Source: a candidate division WWE3 bacterium (lineage in GTDB: Bacteria > Patescibacteriota > WWE3 > UBA101185 > UBA10185). Taken from it: a stretch of DNA of 64,000 bases. Location of the stretch: positions 70,206-134,205 of the forward strand of contig JACPGI010000003.1 of NCBI GenBank assembly GCA_016182565.1. Reading direction: 5' to 3'. A program made the position numbers and the translations under genes. The notes under the pieces are model-generated. The model had not been told where the DNA came from. It searched no databases and was given only the letters and a program-made list of their open reading frames with translations. Positions 38,713 to 47,700 of this stretch are shown here, in pieces (the first letter of the stretch is position 1; the number at the start of each line of letters is the position of its first letter).

Positions 38713-40089
38713 TTATTTTGGCTCCTTATTTAATAGTGCTTGAAATTCCTCCTCCAGCCTCTTTCTTTCTGCTATTTCTTTCTTCTCATTTTCGAGATCA
38801 ACTAGTAACTCCTCTCTTCTTGTCTGTCTTGCTAATCTTTCTTGGGCCCTTATCCTCTTTCGTTCCCCCTTTATTTCATATTGTTTTTTTAGTTCATTTT
38901 GTTTTACTACTTGTTCGTTGAACATATGGCTTGGTATAGAACCTTTTTGAATAGCCGCCCTTCTTTTAGCATGGGATTCATATAATATCTTTTCTGCTCT
39001 ATGACGCGACATGTTACTAGTAATGCCTAATTTTCTTGCTGCTAGTATAATTGTCTCAATTGTCATTTCTCGCTCGTTAGTATTATTTGCTATAGCAATT
39101 ATAAACTGATCTTCTTGATTTATAGTGTTTATATCAAAATGCTCAAGTGTTTCTTTCATGCTGCTTACGTAGGCCGTCAATTCTTCAGCCAAAGCTTCTC
39201 TTTTAGTGTCTCGGACTTCTTGTAGATATCTTGTTGTTTCAAGGAGTGCTTCTTTTTTCTTTCCTGCTTCCATCTTCTCACTTCGATCTAGATGATTATC
39301 ATGATTTTCCCAGTATTCTCTAAGTCCTTTTTTTACCACCTTACCCCCAACCACTACTGGAAATTCTTTTTTAGTTGTCATTGTCTCACTAGTTACCTCA
39401 CCCCTTAACCACCTACTGTGTAAAGTATCCAGTTTACATGCTTGGTTGTATTCTTTTTCTGTCATTACAGCGTATACACCTGTTTCATCAAACTGTTTCT
39501 GCGCAAATTGTAAAGTACCATCGGGATTTGCTTTAGTAGTCATTACTACAACAGTGGATTTGTTTGGTGATCTGTTATTATTTAATCTAATTACAACATG
39601 TACTTCCTTGGTATTACCGTCCACATCCTCTTTGGCGTCTAAAACATTATCTACGAATATATCAGGCCCTGTAGCTGATCTTTTTTGATTTTTAAAACCA
39701 TTTATTCTTAAATCTCTTTTAATAAGTTTGGTTTCAGTAGTTTTTAAATTGAAATTCTCATACCTTTCCTCTATGGCTCGTTTTGCTAATTCTACTGAGA
39801 TGGCAAGATGTACCGCATGTGGTGCTCTTTCTTTTGCCTCTAGTATTTTTTCATGTGTTGGAAATCTTGAATCATTCTCTCCTTTTAGAAACTTTTCCCA
39901 TTTTTCAGGTGCCGCTGCAATTTTTTCCTGAAGAAGTGCTATCTTTAGTTCTACTTTATCTCCAAAATCAGCAATAGTCTTCCCTATTTCCTCGAAATCT
40001 ACTAGCGGTTCTTTAGTTTCCTTGTCTTTTCTATCAAGATCAGATAATTCTTGCTTTATGCCATCTAATCTATCAGTTGCCACTACCAT
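38713..40089 (-). CDS. Hypothetical highly charged protein (458 aa)
   Basis: Long ORF with a K/E-rich coiled-coil tail; no recognisable motif. Confidence 0.35.
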   Translation of the reverse strand: MVVATDRLDGIKQELSDLDRKDKETKEPLVDFEEIGKTIADFGDKVELKIALLQEKIAAAPEKWEKFLKGENDSRFPTHEKILEAKERAPHAVHLAISVELAKRAIEERYENFNLKTTETKLIKRDLRINGFKNQKRSATGPDIFVDNVLDAKEDVDGNTKEVHVVIRLNNNRSPNKSTVVVMTTKANPDGTLQFAQKQFDETGVYAVMTEKEYNQACKLDTLHSRWLRGEVTSETMTTKKEFPVVVGGKVVKKGLREYWENHDNHLDRSEKMEAGKKKEALLETTRYLQEVRDTKREALAEELTAYVSSMKETLEHFDINTINQEDQFIIAIANNTNEREMTIETIILAARKLGITSNMSRHRAEKILYESHAKRRAAIQKGSIPSHMFNEQVVKQNELKKQYEIKGERKRIRAQERLARQTRREELLVDLENEKKEIAERKRLEEEFQALLNKEPK

Positions 40090-40132
40090 ATATAAAAATC
40101 ATAACATTCCAATTTGCTATAATCTACTAGCT

Positions 40133-40921
40133 ATGAACAACGCTGATACTAACCAAGGCAACTCAGTAAATAACCAAAATTCAGACATTTCTTTAAACAA
40201 AGATTTAGAAAATAATTCAGGTGAACCAAAACTTAATATCCCAAACCATATTGCCTTTATTGTTGATGGTAATCGTAGGTGGGCAAAAGCTCATAACTTA
40301 CCTTCTTTTGAAGGTCACAGGCGGGGGTTTGATAACTTAGAAAAGATTATGGATGCTGCAAGGGCGATGGGTGTAAAAGCTGTCACAGCTTGGGTATTTT
40401 CAACGGAAAACTGGAACAGATCAAAAGAGGAGGTAACTTATCTTTTTGACCTTTTTAGAAATCTTTCAGGCAAATACAAAACTAAGTTTCTAAAGGAAAA
40501 CACAAGATTTTTTCATCTTGGTAGAAAAGATCACATGGCTTCTGATGTTGTACAAACTCTCAACGAGATAGTTGAAGAAACTAAAACCCACGATGGTTTT
40601 ACTGCATCTCTTGCTATGGACTACGGTGGCCATGACGAGCTTCTTCGAGCAATGAAAAAAATGCAAGAACAAGGTCTTGAAATAACTAAAGAAAATCTCG
40701 AGAGTTGTCTTGATACGGCACTTTTACCGCCAATTGATCTTATTGTAAGGACCGGTGGGGAAAAACGTCTTAGTGGTTTTATGTCTTGGCAAAACCATTA
40801 CGCAGAGTTTTATTTTCCTACAAAATTTTTTCCTGAATTCACACCGGAAGATTTAAAGATTGCAATCGAGGACTATTCAAAAAGGGAACGAAGATTCGGT
40901 GGTGATCCTACAAAAAAATAG
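40133..40921 (+). CDS. uppS: Undecaprenyl diphosphate synthase
   Basis: It carries HIAFIVDGNRRWA and RTGGEKRLSGFMSWQ. The start was moved to an internal Met to avoid overlap with the upstream minus-strand gene. Confidence 0.85.
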   Translation: MNNADTNQGNSVNNQNSDISLNKDLENNSGEPKLNIPNHIAFIVDGNRRWAKAHNLPSFEGHRRGFDNLEKIMDAARAMGVKAVTAWVFSTENWNRSKEEVTYLFDLFRNLSGKYKTKFLKENTRFFHLGRKDHMASDVVQTLNEIVEETKTHDGFTASLAMDYGGHDELLRAMKKMQEQGLEITKENLESCLDTALLPPIDLIVRTGGEKRLSGFMSWQNHYAEFYFPTKFFPEFTPEDLKIAIEDYSKRERRFGGDPTKK

Positions 40922-40937
40922 CACCAATCAAGTCTAC

Positions 40938-41549
40938 TTAGCTCTGAAATCTTTTTTCTACCTCTACCCAATCAATAATATTCCAAAATGCTTCGATATA
41001 ATCGGCCCTTTTATTTTGATAATTTAGGTAATAAGCGTGTTCCCAAACATCAAGTCCTAAAATTGGCTTTTGTCCTTGCGAGATAGGGGAGTCTTGATTT
41101 GCACTGCTAACCACTTTTAAAGTGCTGTCTTTATCAACAACAAGCCATGCCCAACCACTTCCAAATCTCGAAGTTGCGGCCTTACTAAACTCAAATTTAA
41201 AGTTCTCAAAAGATGTAAAAGTTTTTACAATTTCCGACAAAAGTTTTTCTGTGGGAAGTTTAGTGCTAGTTGGACTCATAATCTCCCAAAACAAGCTATG
41301 GTTGTAGTGTCCTCCACCATGATTTATCACAGCCTGTCTTATTTCTGTAGGAATTGATTCAAGATTACTCAAAAGTTCTTCGATTGTTTTTTCTTGCAAT
41401 TGTGGGAAGTTTTCTAAGGCCTTATTTAAGTTTGCAATATAGGCAGCATGATGTTTTGTATAGTGTATTTCCATTGTTTTTGCATCGATGTAAGGTTCTA
41501 ATGCATCGTAGCTATATTTGAGAGTAGGTAGTTTAAAGGGTTCTGCCAT
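40938..41549 (-). CDS. sod: Fe/Mn superoxide dismutase
   Basis: It carries [10 protein letters not shown] and DVWEHAYYL, the metal ligands of the Fe/Mn SOD family. Confidence 0.9.
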   Translation of the reverse strand: MAEPFKLPTLKYSYDALEPYIDAKTMEIHYTKHHAAYIANLNKALENFPQLQEKTIEELLSNLESIPTEIRQAVINHGGGHYNHSLFWEIMSPTSTKLPTEKLLSEIVKTFTSFENFKFEFSKAATSRFGSGWAWLVVDKDSTLKVVSSANQDSPISQGQKPILGLDVWEHAYYLNYQNKRADYIEAFWNIIDWVEVEKRFQS

Positions 41550-41797
41550 ATTGTCTTTCTTAAATTTATAAATATATTTATACCTATCTATATTAGTTTC
41601 AACTTAAACTTAAGTCAAGGTTGTAGTAGTGGTATGGGAAGCCTCATACAATAAGTGTTAATTTTGTTATTGTTAGAGTTACTGAAATTTCTCTTAATTC
41701 ACAACCTATAGCCCACATAATATAGGTCTTTACATCCTATAATATATTATCTATTGTGCCATTGCGTGCTAGCAGTAATTTTTTTGTAAAAGGACAC

Positions 41798-44700
41798 ATG
41801 TACTATAAAAACAAAACTAAGAGGTTAATTGCCTCCGTAGCTCTTTTATCTCAAATGGTTTACACTGTAAATCCCTTTGTTTACGCGTATATTTCATATT
41901 CTATAAATTCAAAAGCATTAGCTCAAGAAGTTACAGATATAGCTTCTGACACTGTAGTGTCACAGGAAACGATAAATTCCCAAAATACTTTAAATACTGA
42001 AAGCGATGCAGAAACTAGCTCAAACTTTGAAAGTTCCATCCCCACAAATGAACCTATAGTGGAGGAATTTTTATCTTCAAATCTTATGGATGTAGACACC
42101 GAAGTTGTTGACCAAGGCTCTGAGGGTGATGTTTTACCTGTTGTTACAGGAGTAACTATTCCAGAAGTAACGCCACAAGTAGAGGCAAACCAGACAGAAG
42201 AGATTATAGTTGCTGAGCCCTCTTCAGGTATTGAGGTACAAGAAACAAAACCAGAAGTTCAGATACCTAACACTATTGAGAGTTCAACCGAAACTACTGA
42301 TGACAGCCCAGAAACAAATGCAGTAGTAGAGTCAAGTTTTTCATCCGGTGAAATTTTAGATAGTGGCTCTACAAGTGTTAGAACAACATCCGAACCTTCT
42401 GACTTTATAGATGCCAAAGAGCAGGTTAATGGTATGGAATGTCTTGATACTGAGGCTTCTATAATTACCTCTACCACAGATATGTGGGAAGTCGATTCTG
42501 CGACAAATACTGCAAAGACAAAAGGGGATGTGCAAACAGGTATTAGATATGAATTTCCTCTAAATAAAGATGTAGCGGTTACATTTACCTGTCTACCAAA
42601 AGATACCCAAGAATTGTCCAGTTTAAAAATTCAACAAGTTAAAGTAAGCGAATTGAATTTACCAAAAGGAACAACTACCTCTGTTGAGTATGCCTATGAT
42701 ATTACATCAGATATGCCAAATGGTAGTTTTGAATATGAAGTAGTATTACCAAAACCTATATTGACTACAACCGAACTTATATATATAGAGAAATCTATAG
42801 ATGATGCTACAAACGAAGATTTAGTAAAATCCGATCTTAAAAAAGTTTCAAGTGTGCAAATTGAACAAACCAAAAACCTTTTGACTGCCTCTGAGTTAAA
42901 TCATTTTACAATCTTTTTAATAGTAGACGGAACTAATATCCCGGATTTTAGTAATGATTGGTTGGATTTTTATGACACCTTAGGTAATCTTGTTACCGAT
43001 GTTGAGGATGGTAAGTTAGGTATGAATGATGAAAGTAATGGCGGTACAAATGTCACACCAGCCGAAATTGATATTGGTTCCGCAGTTGATATAAGTGGGA
43101 CAAATTCCGGTAATCAGTCTTCTTTACAATATTACTATGAGGATAACAATACCGGTGGTACTTGTTCAGATGACACCTTATTTTTACGAATGAGGCTTGA
43201 GGGAAATCCGGAGGCATCTGGTAATTCAGGTTCCGCTTACTCTTCCTATCACTGGGATTTTCTATTAGATGCAAATAATAACGGTACAAGTGATTTTGTT
43301 ATTGATGTATTTGGAGGTAAAACAAATTCATTTGACTCGTCTGAGGGTGGGCAGTCAGGTTCCATCGGTCTTTATCCAAATGATGCAAATTCAACCTCAT
43401 ATACAACAGATAATGTTTTGTGGACAGCAAGAGCTGATGATGGATCAAACTTATACACTCAAGTTGAAAAAGATGATTATGGTGATGCTATAGCCAGTAA
43501 CGATCAATTTTGGATGGAAGCTGCTGTACCATTAAATGTAAACGCAGCTTTTCAGGCAGCAGTTTGTAATTTAACCGACTTAGATGGCTTAGTATTTGCT
43601 TCAACTTCAACTTCAAATACTGATCCACTACAGAAGGATTGGATGAATCCAGTGGGCTTTTTCACTTCTCATGTAGAACATAAGAGTGTTGAGAACCTTA
43701 CAAACGCAGGTGCTACTACAGTTTTAGATCCAGCTGCGGCGGGGGACATAATAGAATACACATTATCTGTCACAAACGACGGTACAAGGGAAATTCCCGG
43801 TTTTATCTTTTCAGATGATATTTCAGACATTTTAGCTTACGCAACATTAGTAAATGGTGATACTGATGGTAATGGTAAAACAGGTACTGTAGTAAGTAAT
43901 ACCATTTCTTGGCCACAACAAGATATTGCAGTTGGCCAGACTCTAACTGAACAATTTAGCGTCCAGATAAATTCGGCTTCCTTGTGGAATGGTACGGACT
44001 TTACAATGACAAATGTTTATGGAGATACGGTAAATGTTTATCTTCAAAGTTATGGTTATGTAACAGTAAATAAAATTGTAATTGCACACGGTGCTTCAAA
44101 AGTCGCCGCTGATTTTGGTCCATTTAAAGTAGGAGATACCACTGTAACACTTGGTGAAACTACTGCATTTCCAGTTGGTACATACACAATATCAGAAACA
44201 ACTGATGCAAATTACATAGCAAGTTTTAGTAACGATTGTCCAAATGGTGAAGTCACTGTAACAGTAAACTCTACTGCTGCATGTACTATCACAAATGAGC
44301 GAATTGTTATAAATCCAAAAATTACTTTAATAAAAGAAGTTATAAATGATAATGGTGGTACTGCCACATCAAACGATTTTGGTTTGTCTATTGGTGGTAC
44401 AAGCGTTACATCAGGTCAAACTGTAGAAGTAACTGCAGGTACACCAGTTGCTTTAAATGAGGTCGGTCTTACTGGTTATAGCTTTGTATCTATGACTGGT
44501 GCAAATTGTCCTTCAAACTTAGGTGATAGTGTAACTCTTGCTGAAGGCGATGATATTACTTGTACTATTACAAATGATGATGTTGCCCCACTTCTTACCG
44601 TAACCAAAGTTGTTGTAAATGATAACGGCGGAACAAAACAAGTTTCTGATTTCCCACTTTTTGTTGATACTACTCAAGTAACAAGTGGAGTTCAAAATGG

Positions 44701-47700
44701 ATTTAATACCGGATCTTATACAGTAAGTGAAACTTCTATAAATGGTTACACCTCAACCTTTTCTGGTGACTGTGATGCACAAGGCCAGGTAAGCTTAAGT
44801 TTAGGTAATGTTAAGACTTGTACTATTACAAATGACGACGTCGAACCACTTCTTACCGTAACCAAGGTTGTTGTTAATGACAACGGTGGGGTTAGTGTTG
44901 TAAGTGACTTTAACCTATATGTAGATTCCACACAGGTATCAAGCGGAGTCCAAAATGGCTTTATTGCTGGTAACCACACAGTAAGCGAGGCAAATAATAC
45001 AGAGTATACTGGTACAATTTCTGGAGATTGCTCAGCTGATGGTTCTATTACACTTGAAGTTGGTGACGTAAAGACCTGTTTAATTACAAATGACGACCGA
45101 ATTGCCAATTTGACAGTTAAAAAAGTTGTAATAAACGATAATGGTGGGGATAAAGAACCATCTGACTTTTCATTTAGTGTAAATGATGGACCTTCAGTAG
45201 CTTTTGAAGCTGATGGTGAGAATGTCTTAGCAGTAAATGCAGGCACATACAGCGTAGTTGAAGAAAATGCTCAAGGCTACACCACAACTTACGATAATTG
45301 CTCAAACATAGTTTTACCAAACGGTGGAAGTGCAATTTGTACAGTAACTAATGACGATCAACCTGGTACTTTAATTGTTAAAAAAGTTGTCGTAAACGAT
45401 AACGGGGGAAACAACGAAGTAACCGACTTTTCATTTACTGTTAACAGTGGTGATGCGATTGCATTTGAAGCTGACGGTCAAAATGATATAACAGTAGATG
45501 CTTCTATATATTCAGTAGAAGAAGTAGCCACAGCTGGCTACGATGCAACCTATGATAATTGTATAAGAGTTTCTATTCCAAACGGTGGAAGTGCAACTTG
45601 TACAATTACAAACAATGATATTGCTCCATCACTTACTCTTACCAAAGAAGTTATAAATGACAACAACGGTACTGCTACAGCCAATGACTTTGGATTATCC
45701 ATTGGTGGAGTCTCTGTAACTTCCGGACAAAAATTAACCCTTAACGCAAACGAGGCTTACGCTCTAAACGAAGTAGGTCTTTATGGTTACACATTTAAAG
45801 AAATAACAGGGGATGCAAAATGCCCTGCTGTACTTGGCGGAGAAATAACACTTGCTGAGGGTGATGACCTAACTTGTACCATAGTAAACGACGACGTTGC
45901 TGCAAAACTTACAGTCACAAAGATTGTAGAGGGTGGCACAAATCAGGTTTCTGACTTCCCATTATTTGTAGATGCTACATCTGTAACAAGTGGTGAAACA
46001 AATGAATTTAATCAAGGTTCATACACTGTAAGTGAAACCAACCAAACTGGTTACACTGGAGTTATTTCAGGTGATTGTGATGCTAATGGTTCAATTACTC
46101 TAAACGTTGGGGATACAAAAGCTTGTACCATAACAAACACAAGAGATACCGGTACCATTAAAGTTACAAAAATTGTTGATTCCTACCTGAATGATAGTTC
46201 CACTTGGGATATCACAATCTCTGGTCCTACAAACAATTATGATACCTTAGCTAATGGAGAATCTACTTCCGCTTTTGTATCTGACACTGGTAGCTATACA
46301 ATTTCTGAAACAGCTCACACCGGTACAAACGGCGGTGACTATACAAGTACATACGAATGTAAAGATGGTGAAAATACCTTGGAGCTTGGAAATGGTATTG
46401 GTACAGAAATTACAGGATTAAATCTTGAGAAGAACCAAGATGTGGAATGTACCTTCACAAACTCTGTCAAAAGAGGATCTATAACTATAGTCAAAGATGC
46501 ACAGCCAGATTCAGAAGAGGACTTTAGATTCACTGCAAAGATTCCAAATCTCGATGATCTTGATTTCTATTTGGATGATGATGGCGATAACACAAATGAT
46601 TTATCCAATACAGAAGTGCTTTCCGATCTTTTGCCGGGCACCTATAACATTACAGAACCTCATATCCAATATTGGACACTTGAATCTGTAACTTGTGAGG
46701 GCGGATCTGATGCAAATGCTAACGAAAGAAATGCAGTTATCAAACTTCAACCAGGCGAAAACGTTACATGTACTTTTGTTAACACAATAAATAGAGGTAG
46801 TGTTACCGTAACAAAGTACCTTGATGAAAACGCAAATGGTACAAGAGATGAAGGTGAAGTTACACTTCCAGATTGGTTAATAAACCTTTCACACAAAGGT
46901 TCTGTTGATACATTGGTTACAAACTCTGATGGCCAAGTAACTTTCGAGAATTTGTTACCAAAAACCTATACATTAAGTGAGGATCTTTCTGAAGGTTGGT
47001 ATCAGTCCAATATCTCTTGTACAGGGGATACAGGAATTGATACTTCAAATGAGCACCAAGTGATAGTTAATCCAGAAGACCAAATTTCATGCGAAATAGG
47101 AAATTACCAAAATAGCGAAATAAAAGTTGTAAAAAGAATACTTAACCCACAAGGTGAGGAAGTCACTGATCTTACAACTGAATTCTTATTTGAACTAGCA
47201 GGTGTATTAGATGCTGATGAATTGACCGAAAATTTAGTAAGTGAGAATCTTGGTGATGATGAGTCTTTCACAACAAGTGTAAAACCAGGCACTTACCAAG
47301 TAACCGAAGTAGCTGATGCTAACTATGACTTTAAAGGTTGTAGTGCATTATATGAGGAAACAAGTGTTGGTGAATCAATTACAAATGGAAAAGTTGTAAC
47401 AGTTGGAAGTGGTGACAGAATTGTTATTACTTGCGACAACTGGCAAAAACCTTCAACAATAACAGGATCCAAGTGGGAAGATAAAGATCAAAGTTCCCAA
47501 AGAGATGAAAATGAACCACTTCTTCCAGATTGGACAATTTACATTGATACAAATGGAAATAGCAGCTTTGATGATGGTGAAGTTTCTACTAAGACAGACG
47601 AAAATGGAAACTATACATTTAATCTAAATCCAGGAACTTACAAGATTTGTGAAGTAATCCCATCTGAATGGATTCAAACTTACCCAGACTTTAATGACAA

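Noticed and set aside
40022-40132. Long N-terminal extension of uppS
   Set aside because: The extension overlaps the convergent 38713-40089 gene and has no similarity to UppS. The internal Met at 40133 gives a canonical-length enzyme.
44746-45246. 166 aa minus-strand ORF, plus several other antisense ORFs (42259-42477, 43053-43289, 46339-46533, 47104-47292, 48130-48621, 49123-49320), inside the giant surface-protein gene
   Set aside because: They lie entirely antisense to a 7.7 kb ORF with strong domain content. Their translations are Ser/Thr/Pro-rich mirror artefacts of the sense-strand repeats.
44320-46140. Regularly spaced repeats as a possible CRISPR array
   Set aside because: The units are 255-270 nt coding repeats inside an ORF, with no short direct repeats separated by unique spacers. 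No cas genes are present apart from a standalone Cas4-like nuclease.
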